Shown here piece by piece: positions 16,355 to 26,665 of a stretch of DNA of 46,713 nucleotides. Both the position numbers and the translations under genes were made by a program. The DNA comes from a phage: the sequence record PZ379183.1. One strand, given 5' to 3'. The notes under the pieces were generated by a model. The model had not been told where the DNA came from. It did no database searches and saw only the letters and a program-made list of their open reading frames with translations. The stretch's first letter is position 1. Each line of letters starts with the position of its first letter.

Positions 16355-16377
16355 CCATCCTTCGGGGTGGCTTTTTT
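16354..16377 (+). terminator. rho-independent terminator
   Basis: GCCATCC-TTCG-GGGTGGC hairpin followed by T6. Confidence 0.65.
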
Positions 16378-16391
16378 ATTATGGAGACAAC

Positions 16392-19373
16392 ATGGCAACT
16401 AACGAAATTGCTGGTATCACGCTAGCCGTCGACGTAGCTCAGGTCGATAAGGGTACGCAATCCTTACAGAAATTCAGGCAAGCAAACGAGCAAGCTGCAA
16501 CAGGCATTAATAGCTTCGTCAACGCCGAACTTGTAGCCAAGACTCAAGCAAGGGACACTGCAAGGCAGCTTGAGGAGCAGCGCAAATCTTTCGCATCACT
16601 TCAGCAAGCCATAGACCCAACCGCTGCTAAATTCCTGAAGTTGCAGAAAGCAGCAACAGATTTGGACAAAGCATTTGAATCCGGGATAGTTCCTGATGAT
16701 GAATTCTTCAGGCTTGGCTCTGTTATTGAAACTCAAATCAATAAGCTAAACAGGTCTAAAGCCGCTCTTAGCGAAGAAGGCAGGGCTGCACTACAGGCAT
16801 CAATAGATAAAGAGAAAGCAACAACAGCAGCGCAAAAGTTCATTCAATCTCTTGAGAACGAGGCGAATGCAGCAAGCCTGACAAGGACTGAACTTCTTCA
16901 GCTTAAGGCTGCTCAGCTAGGAGTTGGTGACCAGGCTGCACCGATTATCGACAGGATTGGAAAGGCTGCCGAGGCATCTGCGGTACAATTGCAGAAGCAA
17001 AGCTCCGCTTTTGTTAAGTCTGGGCTTAGTGCCGGTCAATACAAGCAAGCAATTCGACAGCTTCCAGCGCAGATTACAGATATCGGAACCTCTCTAGCTG
17101 GTGGTATCCCAATCTGGCTAATTGCAATTCAGCAGGGTGGGCAGATTAAGGATAGCTTTGGTGGTATTGCTAACACCGCAAGGTTCGCACTGGCAGCCAT
17201 TAACCCATTAACGGCAGTTGTTGGGACTTTGGGCTTGGCCCTCGGCGCTCTTGGTGTTGCTGCTTATCAGGCTGACAAGAACACTCGCGGACTAGCATCA
17301 ACGATAACATTGGTTGGCAACTCAACTATCACGTCGACAGCGCAGATAAATCAGGTTGTTGATGGAATTGAGAGTTCAACACTAGCCACGCGCGGACTTA
17401 TCCAGGAGATAGCTAACAGCCTGGTAGCAAACGGTAATCTGACTCTTACGCAGATAGATAAGATAACCAAGGCGACAGCACAATGGGCAACTGTAACATC
17501 AACAGACTCGAAAACTATTCTTGGATACTTTGATCAGATTACAAAGGACCCAATTCAAGGTCTGATTGCACTCGATAAGCAGTTCAACTTCCTTCAGTCT
17601 GGGCAATTGAAATACATTGAGAATATCAGGAAGACGGCTGGAGAAACAGAGGCTGTAACCGCAGCTACTGAGCTATTCGCTAACGTTATGGAAAACAGGC
17701 TAGCAGACGTAGCACTAAGCCTTAACCCTCTTGAGAGCGCATGGAATAGCTTCAGGAAGTTTGTAAGTGAGATTTGGGATGATATAAGCAAAAGGACGCT
17801 TGGGGCGCTTAACTTAATAACTGACGTTGTTGCTGGGACTATTGAGCAGATAAGGTCGTTAATAAACTCCGGTGATATCCTATTGGGCGAGTTTGCAATA
17901 GCAGCAACCAAGACACTTCAGTCAATACCTGGACTTGGCGATTTAGGCAATGAAGCAATCGCTGAGCAGCAAAAGATTGTTGATGCAGCTAAGAAGCAAA
18001 ATGAGGAGTTAGCAAAAAGCATAGCTGAGCGAGATGCGAGAATCAGGAAGGGTGAGCTTGGTTATGTCGAGAACAACAATAACACCAACCTTAGCGGCAA
18101 TAATGCATCAACCGATAAGGAGTTTGCAGCAAGGAAGAAGGCTCTTGCCGATGAGTATGATGCGATAAAGAAAGCAAGGAGTGAGAGGAAAAAGGCTGTA
18201 AAAGAAGAAAGTGATTTAACTTTATCTTATGAATCTGGCGTTCTTGCACTTCAGGCTCAGTTAAAGGTCTTACAAGAGCACAGAACGATAAATGATGTAA
18301 TAAGCAATGAAAGAAAGCAGTTATTCCAGGAAGAAGCGAAGTTTGCAATACTTGAACAAAGACAAGCGGATGGTACGCTTACAAAATCACAGGCTAAGCT
18401 ACTTGCGCAGAAGAATATCATTCTTGAACAGGCTAAACAGAAGGCTGAACTTGGTGACCAGATTGTGCTTCAGGAGAGGTCAAACAAGTTACTTGATGAC
18501 AACCTTAAGAAGACAATACAGATTACCAATGAGGCGAAGAATGTTTCACTTGCTGCGGGTCTATCCGAAAGGGAGCGGCAAAGGGCAGGAGAACTTCAGG
18601 CGCTAGAGTCCAATCAGGTAAACAAGGGTGGCTCTGTAAATGATGTTGATTTCCAAAATCTGCTGGAAGCAAGAAAAGAATACTACAGGCAGGAAGATAA
18701 CCTAAGGTCAGACTGGCAAGCTGGTGTAACTTCAACGCTTGCTGACTTAACTGAGAAGTACACTGACTTCAACCAAATTGCTAAGGATTTGACTGTCGCA
18801 GCTTTTGATGGAATTACCGACCAGATTACAAACCTTGTAACCACTGGAGAGACTAATTTCAGGGAGTTCACGGCAAACATACTGAAAATGATTGCGAAAA
18901 TTGCAACTCAGCTACTTTTGGTAAAGGCTATTGAATCTACAATTAAGAGCTTTGGTGGTGACACTGGAGCAGGTAGTGCCTTTGAGTCAATAAAGTCAGC
19001 AATTGGCTTTGCTGGTGGCGGCTACACTGGAGACGGCGGGAAGTATCAACCTGCTGGAACTGTGCACCGCGGTGAGTTTGTATTCACAAAAGAAGCTACA
19101 AGCAGGATTGGCGTTAAGAACCTGTACAAGCTAATGCGAGGTTATGCAAATGGCGGCGCTGTTGGTGGGCCCTCTGGCTATGCTAATGGTGGAGTTGTTG
19201 GTGGCACGAATGTCAGTGTTGGCGGCGTGACGGTTAACGTAAACTCTGGAATTGGTGGCGGAAATGATGCTAAGGCGATAGAATCTGGAGTCAAGGTTAT
19301 CGTTGCTGAGGAAATCAGCAAGTCATTCCAGCAGGGCGGAAGAGCCTTTGCTTATCTGAGGGGTTACAACTAA
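16392..19373 (+). CDS. tail tape measure protein
   Basis: 993-aa ORF, Ala/Gln/Leu-rich helical repeats with Gly-rich C-terminal region; position after chaperones. Confidence 0.85.
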   Translation: MATNEIAGITLAVDVAQVDKGTQSLQKFRQANEQAATGINSFVNAELVAKTQARDTARQLEEQRKSFASLQQAIDPTAAKFLKLQKAATDLDKAFESGIVPDDEFFRLGSVIETQINKLNRSKAALSEEGRAALQASIDKEKATTAAQKFIQSLENEANAASLTRTELLQLKAAQLGVGDQAAPIIDRIGKAAEASAVQLQKQSSAFVKSGLSAGQYKQAIRQLPAQITDIGTSLAGGIPIWLIAIQQGGQIKDSFGGIANTARFALAAINPLTAVVGTLGLALGALGVAAYQADKNTRGLASTITLVGNSTITSTAQINQVVDGIESSTLATRGLIQEIANSLVANGNLTLTQIDKITKATAQWATVTSTDSKTILGYFDQITKDPIQGLIALDKQFNFLQSGQLKYIENIRKTAGETEAVTAATELFANVMENRLADVALSLNPLESAWNSFRKFVSEIWDDISKRTLGALNLITDVVAGTIEQIRSLINSGDILLGEFAIAATKTLQSIPGLGDLGNEAIAEQQKIVDAAKKQNEELAKSIAERDARIRKGELGYVENNNNTNLSGNNASTDKEFAARKKALADEYDAIKKARSERKKAVKEESDLTLSYESGVLALQAQLKVLQEHRTINDVISNERKQLFQEEAKFAILEQRQADGTLTKSQAKLLAQKNIILEQAKQKAELGDQIVLQERSNKLLDDNLKKTIQITNEAKNVSLAAGLSERERQRAGELQALESNQVNKGGSVNDVDFQNLLEARKEYYRQEDNLRSDWQAGVTSTLADLTEKYTDFNQIAKDLTVAAFDGITDQITNLVTTGETNFREFTANILKMIAKIATQLLLVKAIESTIKSFGGDTGAGSAFESIKSAIGFAGGGYTGDGGKYQPAGTVHRGEFVFTKEATSRIGVKNLYKLMRGYANGGAVGGPSGYANGGVVGGTNVSVGGVTVNVNSGIGGGNDAKAIESGVKVIVAEEISKSFQQGGRAFAYLRGYN

Positions 19374-19404
19374 TTAACGGGGCTTCGGCCCCTAAGGATT
19401 TTAA

Positions 19405-19755
19405 ATGGCATTGCAAACATTTAACTGGTGCTTGAACGTTCTCAACGGTGGATCATTATTTAGTAACAAGAACAACGTTAGAATTGTATCCTTTGGCAAC
19501 GGCTTTGAACAAAGGGGTACTGGAGGATACAGGACAAACAAAAGGACGTATACGGTTAGCTACGTTGGTCGTGAGTGGGAGGCAGTAATGAACTTCTGCT
19601 TTGATCACATTGTAAAACCTTTCGCATGGACTACGCCACAGGGTGAATTAAAGCTGTTTGTTATTCAGCAGGATAGTATCAGCGTCACTCCTAGCACAAA
19701 AGAAGTCCAGACTGTTAGCATGCAATTTACTGAAGTTTTTACTTCAATGAGTTAA
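19405..19755 (+). CDS. minor tail protein (lambda gpM-like, putative)
   Basis: 116-aa ORF directly after tape measure; order M-L-K-I-J as in lambda-like tails. Confidence 0.55.
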   Translation: MALQTFNWCLNVLNGGSLFSNKNNVRIVSFGNGFEQRGTGGYRTNKRTYTVSYVGREWEAVMNFCFDHIVKPFAWTTPQGELKLFVIQQDSISVTPSTKEVQTVSMQFTEVFTSMS

Positions 19756-19759
19756 ACTA

Positions 19760-19782
19760 AGGCCCATAGAGGGCCTTTTTTA
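19760..19782 (+). terminator. rho-independent terminator / attenuator
   Basis: AGGCCC-ATAGA-GGGCCT hairpin followed by T6. Confidence 0.7.
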
Positions 19783-19793
19783 TTGGAGAGAAT

Positions 19794-20549
19794 ATGGCAA
19801 GTTTAAAGTTTGAAAACCAGCTTCAATCACTTTTTCCTGGTGAAGTGGTTACGCTTATTGAGGTTGACGGAAGTAAATTCGGGGCAAGGGTTTACAGGTT
19901 TCATGGGGAGAACATCTCATACACGCCTGAAGAAATCATGCAAGCCCAAGCGTCCGGCCAGCCACTACCATCCAAGACAATCACTTTCCGTGGAGAAGAG
20001 TATGGAGCCAGGCCTTTCGGTATTAGCGGCATTAATCTTACTTCTGACGGCAAAGCAAACAAGCTCACGCTAATTTTATCAAACGTAGACCAGGCTGTTT
20101 CCGCGCTAATACGTCAGTATAATGGCATGGTTAAGGCTAAGGTGACAATTTGGGTTACTATCAGGGATAATATCAATGAGGACGGCAGCATTGCAGATGG
20201 TGATTATCGTAAGATGGTTTACTTTATTGAGCGTCCAAAGCAGGTTGACTACAAAACTGCCTCTTTTGAGTTATCTAGCCCAATTGATATGGATGGCATT
20301 TATATTCCAGCGAGGTTAGTCCAGTCAGTATGCTACTTCGCTTCCCGTGGCTGGTATCGTAGTGGTAACGGTTGTGATTATGCCGGGAATCGATACTTTG
20401 ATAAAGACAATAATCCGGTTGATGACCCTGGCCTGGATTTCTGCGCCGGAACTGTTGATGCATGTAAGTTAAGGTTTGGTGAAAACAACCAGCTATCATT
20501 TGGAGGTTGTGCCTCTGCTAGCTTGCAAGCCAAGAATAACCAGAACTAA
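19794..20549 (+). CDS. minor tail protein (lambda gpL-like)
   Basis: C-terminal cysteine cluster (C-x-Y-F...G-C-D-Y...F-C-A-G-T-V-D-A-C) like the Fe-S cysteines of gpL-family proteins; position. Confidence 0.65.
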   Translation: MASLKFENQLQSLFPGEVVTLIEVDGSKFGARVYRFHGENISYTPEEIMQAQASGQPLPSKTITFRGEEYGARPFGISGINLTSDGKANKLTLILSNVDQAVSALIRQYNGMVKAKVTIWVTIRDNINEDGSIADGDYRKMVYFIERPKQVDYKTASFELSSPIDMDGIYIPARLVQSVCYFASRGWYRSGNGCDYAGNRYFDKDNNPVDDPGLDFCAGTVDACKLRFGENNQLSFGGCASASLQAKNNQN

Positions 20550-20559
20550 GGAGTATAAA

Positions 20560-21318
20560 ATGCTTACACCAAAAGTTAAACTAGAAATCATGCGCCACGC
20601 AAAAGAGGATTACCCAAACGAGTGCTGCGGCGTAGTCACCCAAAAAGGCATGGCACAAAAATACCATAGAATCACCAACGCATCGAAAGACCCTGAAAAT
20701 GAGTTCATTCTTGACGCCAGTGAGTACATGAATATTGTCTTTAATCTTGGCTACAGCGAGTCAATTGTTTACGTAGCTCACTCACACACTGGAGATGGTG
20801 CAACTACAAGGCCTAGCCCGGCAGACATATGCAGTTGCAATGAGTGCGAGATTCCATATGTCATCGTTAGTTACCCGGAAGGAGATCTGCGAATCCTTGA
20901 ACCAGTTGATATGCCGCTAGCAGGAAGACCGTGGGGTTTGGGTAGCTTCGATTGCTGGGGATTGATAATGTCATTCCACGCAAAGCACGGCGTCAAACTG
21001 GCTGACTACCGCGTTAATTACCCATGGTGGAACAAGGAGTATGGAGAAAATATCTATGATGACAACTGGATTAAGGAAGGATTTGAGCTAGTCGAAACTG
21101 ATGATATTCCAGTTGGCTCCATGATTATGATGCAGATTCAAAGTGAGGCCACAAACCACGCAGGAATCTACATTGGAGACAATAAGTTCTTGCACCATCT
21201 TTACGGCAAGATGAGTAAAGTGGATACCTATAGTGATTACTGGCGTGAGCGTACCGTTCGAATCGTTCGCCACAAAGATTTACCAGAAGGAGCAAATTAC
21301 AATGCAGAGACTGATTAA
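20560..21318 (+). CDS. tail assembly protein (lambda gpK-like; MPN/JAB plus NlpC/P60-like domains)
   Basis: ECCGVV...HSHTG JAB/MPN-type metal motif and downstream Cys/His residues; AAGGAG RBS. Confidence 0.7.
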   Translation: MLTPKVKLEIMRHAKEDYPNECCGVVTQKGMAQKYHRITNASKDPENEFILDASEYMNIVFNLGYSESIVYVAHSHTGDGATTRPSPADICSCNECEIPYVIVSYPEGDLRILEPVDMPLAGRPWGLGSFDCWGLIMSFHAKHGVKLADYRVNYPWWNKEYGENIYDDNWIKEGFELVETDDIPVGSMIMMQIQSEATNHAGIYIGDNKFLHHLYGKMSKVDTYSDYWRERTVRIVRHKDLPEGANYNAETD

Positions 21319-21877
21319 GGTTAAGCTGGGCTTGTCACTTGGCAGAAGGTACGGGAAAGTCCATGAGTTGTGCGTGGAGTCTGTACCGGAAGCACTTCGA
21401 GCATTATCGGTAAACATTCCAGCATTTAAAGAGTTCATGCAAAGCCATGCTGGACAAAGGACTAGGTTCGCAATATTTGCTGACGGGAAGAACCTTAATG
21501 AACATCGTATCAAGGATTTTAAGGCAGTTGGTGAGATTCGTATTATGCCAATACCTCAAGGAAGAAAAAGCGGAGGGTTATTCCAGACAGTACTAGGTGC
21601 GGCGCTCATTGGTGCTAGCTTCTTCCTTACTGGTGGTATTGCAACCGCTGTTCTTGGTGCTGGTATCTCACTAGCTGCTGGCGGTGTAGCTCAGTTACTT
21701 TCCCCACAAGCAACTGGATTAAAGACGCAGGAGTCTGCGCAAAACAGGGCTTCATACGCATTCGGGTCGGCTGTTAACACTGTAGCTGCTGGATACCCAA
21801 TATGTTTGCCATACGGTTATCGAAGTGTTGGCGGCTCTGTATTTAGTGCTGGGAGTTACTCAGAAGATATCGCTTAA
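21302..21877 (+). CDS. tail assembly protein (lambda gpI-like, putative)
   Basis: Internal in-frame ATG of ORF 21233..21877; Gly/Ala-rich hydrophobic C-terminal region; position between K-like and J-like genes. Confidence 0.55.
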   Translation: MQRLIKVKLGLSLGRRYGKVHELCVESVPEALRALSVNIPAFKEFMQSHAGQRTRFAIFADGKNLNEHRIKDFKAVGEIRIMPIPQGRKSGGLFQTVLGAALIGASFFLTGGIATAVLGAGISLAAGGVAQLLSPQATGLKTQESAQNRASYAFGSAVNTVAAGYPICLPYGYRSVGGSVFSAGSYSEDIA

Positions 21878-21883
21878 ATTAAG

Positions 21884-21905
21884 ACCCGCCTAGTGCGGGT
21901 TTTTT
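21884..21905 (+). terminator. rho-independent terminator
   Basis: ACCCGC-CTAGT-GCGGGT hairpin followed by T5. Confidence 0.7.
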
Positions 21906-21917
21906 ATTTAGTGTAGA

Positions 21918-24900
21918 ATGGCACAAATGGTCAAAACAAATGCGGAGCTATGTGATATGGCGGAAGAAATTAAGATTTATGGAAGTAAGGGCGGACAGCC
22001 AAAGCAGCACCAACCTGTAGAGCAGCCTGATAACCTGATATCCGTAAACAAGGTTAAGGTTTTGCTAGCTGTTTCTGATGGTGAGGTTGATAGCTCATTC
22101 TCCCTAAAGGACCTTTACCTTGCTGACGTTCCTGTACAGAACCAGAATGGCACATACAACTACGAGGGTGTAACGGCAGAGTTTCGCCCTGGCACACAGA
22201 GTCAGGATTACATTGCCGGGCTAGAGGGTGCTAACTCGGAAGTGCAAGTGAACAGGGAGATTAAAAACTCAACTCCTTACATCATTGCTGTTAATAACAC
22301 CCAGCTATCAGCGATTAGGGTTAAGCTGTTTTGGCCTCGTCTGATTAATCAGGAAAGTAACGGAGATCTTAACGGTACCACTTGCGAGTATGCGATTGAC
22401 CTGTCCGTTGATGGCGCTACATACACTGAGTACACGCGCGGAGTAGCTAATGGCAAGACAACTAGCGGGTACGACAGAAGTATCAGGGTTAACCTTCCTG
22501 CTGAGTTCTCGAGTGCGTTGGTGAGGGTTCGTAAGATCACGGCAGATTCAGAAAGTTCGACGCTGGTTAACAATATGCAAATTACGACCTATCAGGAAGT
22601 AATTGATGCGAAATTCCGCTACCCACTTACAGCGCTGGTTTACGTTGAGTTCAGTTCTGACCTCTTCCCTAACGGAATCCCGACGATTTCAATCAAGAAG
22701 AAGTGGAAGTTGATTCGCGTTCCAACTAACTACAACCCAGAGACAAGGACTTACAGCGGAACCTGGAACGGCACCTTTAAGATGGCGTATTCCAATAACC
22801 CGGCGTGGGTTCTTTACGACTTGGTGACGAATCAGCGTTACGGACTTGACCAGCGAGAGCTTGGCATTACTATTGATAAGTGGGGTCTGTATGAGGCGGC
22901 GCAATTCTGTGACCAGATGGTTCCAGATGGTAAGGGTGGAGTTGAGCCGCGCTACCTGTGTGATGTTGTCATTCAGCAGAAAGTTGAAGCATATCAGGTA
23001 ATCCGTGATATTTGCTCTATCTTCCGTGGGCTGACATTCTATGACGGCGAGCAGATAGGGATTGTTGTCGATAAGCCGCGTCAACCATCGTACGTATTCA
23101 CCAATGACAACGTTGTTGATGGATTGTTCAACCGTACATTTGGTAGCGATAAGTCACTTTACACGGTTGCCAACGTTCAGTTTGATGACGTTGAAAACTC
23201 ATACCAACAGGATGTTGAGCCAGTATTCGAGTTAGAGGCAACAAGGCGTTTTGGTTACAACCCGGTCGACCTTACAGCTATTGGATGTACTCGCAGGAGT
23301 GAGGCAAACCGCCGCGGGCGCTGGTTATTAAAGACGAACATTCGCAGCGAGACTATTAGTTTCACTACTGGTCTGGAAGGTATGATTCCAATGATTGGTG
23401 AGGTTATTGCAGTTAATGACCAGGCATGGTCTAGCAACTACACCCTTAACCTTTCTGGTCGTATCGAGTCAGTAAGTGGGTTGCAAGTTTTTGTGCCATT
23501 TAAGATTGATGCTACTGCTGGCGACAGGATTCTAATAAACAAGCCTGATGGAATGCCGGAGTACAGGACCATTGCATCTGTATCTGAAGATGGTATGACG
23601 CTGCAACTTAATACAGCGTTTAGCTTTACTCCTCAGCCTGACACAGTATTTGCGATTGATAAGGAAAATCTTGCTCTTCAGCAATATGTTGTGACCGGTA
23701 TTCAAAAAGCAGACAGCGATGGAGATGATGCGTTTGGTTACACGATTACCGCAGTTGAGTACGACCCGAACAAATACGACGAGATTGATTACGGCGTAAA
23801 CATTCAGGACAGGCCAACTTCAATCGTGGAGCCAGATACATTACTGGCACCCGAGAATGTTCAGGTTAGCAGTTACAGTAAGGTTGTTCAGGGTTTATCA
23901 GTTGAGACAATGGTAATCACGTGGGACAAGGTTCAGTACGCGAAAACCTACACGGTACAGTGGCGCAAGGAGAACGGAAACTGGATTAACGTGCCGCGCA
24001 CAGCAAGCACAGAGGTTGATATTGAAGGTATCTATGCCGGAATTTACCAGGTTCGCGTAAGGGCCGTTTCTGATACTGAAAACGTATCCGCATGGTCTGA
24101 CATTGTTTCAGTAAGCCTCACAGGCAAGATTGGGACCCCTTCTTCACCTACAGTAATCACCGCTTCAGATGATGAAATATTCGGCATTAGGGTTAAGTGG
24201 GGATTTCCTGAAAACTCAGCCGATACGTCATACACTGAATTGCAGCAAGTAGCCGACAATGGTGATGGTACTTATACACCAGAGAATGCTAGCCTTCTGA
24301 CTCTGGTGCCTTACCCGAGTTACGAGTACTGGCATACTACACTTCCTGCTGGAAAGGTCATCTGGTACAGGGCGCGACTGATTGACAAGATTGGTAACGT
24401 CTCACCATGGACTGATTTTGTAAGGGGTATGGCAAGCGATGATGTGTCGTCAATCATTGGTGATATTAAGGTTGATATAGAAAACTCAGATGGGTTCAAG
24501 TATCTCCAACAGAATGCCATTGAGTCAAACGGAGCTATTCAGGCGCAAGCGGAATCAATAATTGAGAACGCCCTGGCTAATGATGGTGACGTGCGTAGAA
24601 TGACGAAGGAAAACGGCAAGAGGAAGGCCGAATTTGTTCAGGCTGTGAATCTTATCGCCGATGAAGAAAGGGCTCGCGTAGAGGCTCTGACGCAGCTTAA
24701 GGCGCAGATTGATGATGAGATTGTAGCTTCATTGACAAGGATTGATACGGCGCTAGCGGAAGAGACGCAAGCAAGGACCACTGCGGACACTGCTTTATCT
24801 GCAAGGCTAGGTGATAATGAGGCTGCGTTAAATGAGAAGTTGGACACTTACGTTACTGCCGATTCAATTGGTGCTCAGTACGGGATTAAACTTGGCCTCA

Positions 24901-25343
24901 AATACAATGGCGTTGAGTACAGTTCTGGCATGAGTATGGAGCTAACTGGTTCTGATGGCAATGTTCGTAGTCAGGTCATCTTTGATGCTAACAGGTTAGC
25001 AATCAGTAACGGCATTAGCTCTGGATCCGGTCAGTGGTCATTGCCTTTCGTAGTTGAAGGTAATCAGGTATTCATTCAAAGCGCAGTGATTCAGGATGGT
25101 TCAATCACTAACGCGAAGATTGGTAACCGGATTCAATCTAATAACTACGTGGCTGGTTCTCAGGGTTGGGCCATTGATAAGTCAGGCAGTGCGGAACTTA
25201 ACAATGCAACTGTAAGGGGTAGTCTGTACGCAAGTAACGGCAACTTTGCGTTTAACGGAACCAACAACACTGTTCAGATTAACAATAATGGAATTACAGT
25301 TAATTTACCGAATGGTGGAAGGGTTGTAGTTGGAGTGTGGTAA
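21918..25343 (+). CDS. tail tip / central fibre protein (lambda gpJ-like host specificity protein)
   Basis: 1141-aa ORF at the end of the tail module; length and position as for J-family proteins. Confidence 0.8.
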   Translation: MAQMVKTNAELCDMAEEIKIYGSKGGQPKQHQPVEQPDNLISVNKVKVLLAVSDGEVDSSFSLKDLYLADVPVQNQNGTYNYEGVTAEFRPGTQSQDYIAGLEGANSEVQVNREIKNSTPYIIAVNNTQLSAIRVKLFWPRLINQESNGDLNGTTCEYAIDLSVDGATYTEYTRGVANGKTTSGYDRSIRVNLPAEFSSALVRVRKITADSESSTLVNNMQITTYQEVIDAKFRYPLTALVYVEFSSDLFPNGIPTISIKKKWKLIRVPTNYNPETRTYSGTWNGTFKMAYSNNPAWVLYDLVTNQRYGLDQRELGITIDKWGLYEAAQFCDQMVPDGKGGVEPRYLCDVVIQQKVEAYQVIRDICSIFRGLTFYDGEQIGIVVDKPRQPSYVFTNDNVVDGLFNRTFGSDKSLYTVANVQFDDVENSYQQDVEPVFELEATRRFGYNPVDLTAIGCTRRSEANRRGRWLLKTNIRSETISFTTGLEGMIPMIGEVIAVNDQAWSSNYTLNLSGRIESVSGLQVFVPFKIDATAGDRILINKPDGMPEYRTIASVSEDGMTLQLNTAFSFTPQPDTVFAIDKENLALQQYVVTGIQKADSDGDDAFGYTITAVEYDPNKYDEIDYGVNIQDRPTSIVEPDTLLAPENVQVSSYSKVVQGLSVETMVITWDKVQYAKTYTVQWRKENGNWINVPRTASTEVDIEGIYAGIYQVRVRAVSDTENVSAWSDIVSVSLTGKIGTPSSPTVITASDDEIFGIRVKWGFPENSADTSYTELQQVADNGDGTYTPENASLLTLVPYPSYEYWHTTLPAGKVIWYRARLIDKIGNVSPWTDFVRGMASDDVSSIIGDIKVDIENSDGFKYLQQNAIESNGAIQAQAESIIENALANDGDVRRMTKENGKRKAEFVQAVNLIADEERARVEALTQLKAQIDDEIVASLTRIDTALAEETQARTTADTALSARLGDNEAALNEKLDTYVTADSIGAQYGIKLGLKYNGVEYSSGMSMELTGSDGNVRSQVIFDANRLAISNGISSGSGQWSLPFVVEGNQVFIQSAVIQDGSITNAKIGNRIQSNNYVAGSQGWAIDKSGSAELNNATVRGSLYASNGNFAFNGTNNTVQINNNGITVNLPNGGRVVVGVW

Positions 25344-25350
25344 ATGATTA

Positions 25351-25375
25351 GGCCCCTTTCGGGGCCTTTTCTTTT
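25351..25375. terminator. terminator hairpin between convergent genes
   Basis: GGCCCC-TTTC-GGGGCC hairpin followed by TTTTCTTTT. Confidence 0.7.
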
Positions 25376-26345
25376 AGTAGAAGTTTGGTATGAATGGTAG
25401 AGCCATTGATATGTTTGTGTCGAATGGGAATTGGGCCCCCGTCTGCGTTGAGTAGTTCCCTATCACAGTGCCTGGAACTGCCCTTACGGCACCACCAGAC
25501 ATGCATATTCCCTTGTACCTTAAGTTGTTATACCCTCCAGTAACTCTTGTTGTAGCGCCGCACCTGAGCAGTGGGAAGAACCCTCCATTTATTGACTGGA
25601 AACCATTGGTTATTTGTATAAAGCCACCAAGCACGAACGGTCGCCTGACGCTTGAAAAAACAATCTGTCCAGAACTATTAGACATTGTGAGTCCTGGGCC
25701 AGCTACTGGAGGGTCATTCCTGAATATCACTAACTGTACGTAAGTACTTGCTGCAACGTCATCTATGCCGCTGTAGTTTATGTTGCGGCACCAAATTGTA
25801 TTACCGTCGCTCTCCAGAGAAACGTTTGGGTTATCCCATTTACCAAATGGAATCCCACTGACTGGTAGTGAGGCGGCGCCGTTAACCTGTATTCCACCAA
25901 CCCATGCCGCAGACATTAACCGCGAATTGCTTGAAATTGCCAAAAAGTCAGTTGAGTTCTCAACCAGTATTCCTGGGCTTGATGAAGACGAGGCTGGGAG
26001 TATTTCAAAGCAATTTCCAGCAAAGTCAATTATACGACCTCTTGCGCCATTGAAGTCACTAAGCGTTATCCTGCCAGTTCCGTCATTTACCTTCTGGAAC
26101 CCGTTCATATAATAAACTTCAGGTACAACATCATAAGCGTCAACGTGCACAGCCTTTGTTGGAAGGCAGAATGCTGTTGAGCCTGGGGACATGGTTAAAC
26201 CAAAATCCCATGATGATGCTGGCGTCGAAAGTCCATTGGTATTTATTGAGCCAGTCACAGCGGGCGCTCTTAATCCTGCCGTTATTTCCATAGGTGGCCT
26301 TCCATCATTAAGGTCAATCAATATTCCTTGAGGCATTATTTCCAC
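25374..26345 (-). CDS. putative receptor-binding / tail fibre-associated protein
   Basis: 323-aa Gly/Ser/Asn/Thr-rich ORF convergent with the J-like gene and co-oriented with the lipoprotein gene; function inferred from context only. Confidence 0.35.
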   Translation of the reverse strand: MEIMPQGILIDLNDGRPPMEITAGLRAPAVTGSINTNGLSTPASSWDFGLTMSPGSTAFCLPTKAVHVDAYDVVPEVYYMNGFQKVNDGTGRITLSDFNGARGRIIDFAGNCFEILPASSSSSPGILVENSTDFLAISSNSRLMSAAWVGGIQVNGAASLPVSGIPFGKWDNPNVSLESDGNTIWCRNINYSGIDDVAASTYVQLVIFRNDPPVAGPGLTMSNSSGQIVFSSVRRPFVLGGFIQITNGFQSINGGFFPLLRCGATTRVTGGYNNLRYKGICMSGGAVRAVPGTVIGNYSTQTGAQFPFDTNISMALPFIPNFY

Positions 26346-26581
26346 TCCTTAGACCCATGGTCAGCAACAGAGCCACCGTAACCGCCGCCAGCCTTGCTCT
26401 CAATACCAGCGTATCGCACATCAACTTCACCAGACGGTACAACCACACCATTTTCCCATTTAGCCACGCACACGCCGTTTGCTTGCGTTGCACACCATCC
26501 GTCAGGACGCGGAGCAGAAGAACAACCCACCATCATGATTGCTGCTGCTGCGATGATTGAAAGTTTGATTAAGTTAGTCAT
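26336..26581 (-). CDS. small lipoprotein, Cor/Llp-like superinfection-exclusion candidate
   Basis: N-terminal signal peptide with lipobox-like MVGC, mature part ~60 aa with Cys pair; AAGGAATACGAAAATG start with own motif-type promoter. Confidence 0.55.
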   Translation of the reverse strand: MTNLIKLSIIAAAAIMMVGCSSAPRPDGWCATQANGVCVAKWENGVVVPSGEVDVRYAGIESKAGGGYGGSVADHGSKEWK

Positions 26582-26649
26582 TTTCGTATTCCTTAGAAGG
26601 TGTGTTTCGTTTCAATGGAGTAATGATATCTCATCCTTGAGATTTGTCT

Positions 26650-26665
26650 TTAGCAATTGGTGCTA
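26650..26665 (-). promoter_or_regulatory. TAGCAC-N5-GCTAA motif copy (minus strand, TAGCACCAATTGCTAA)
   Basis: Encodes the C-terminal STNC and stop of the methyltransferase; followed on the minus strand by GATATC-type element and CATTGAAACGAAACACA leader. Confidence 0.5.

Noticed and set aside
19379-19392. GC-rich hairpins GGGGC-TTCG-GCCCC here and GGGGC-TGCG-GCCCC at 29779-29792 as terminators
   Set aside because: Both hairpins are clear but lack a following T-tract, so they are more likely RNA stability or attenuation elements; left out of the terminator list.
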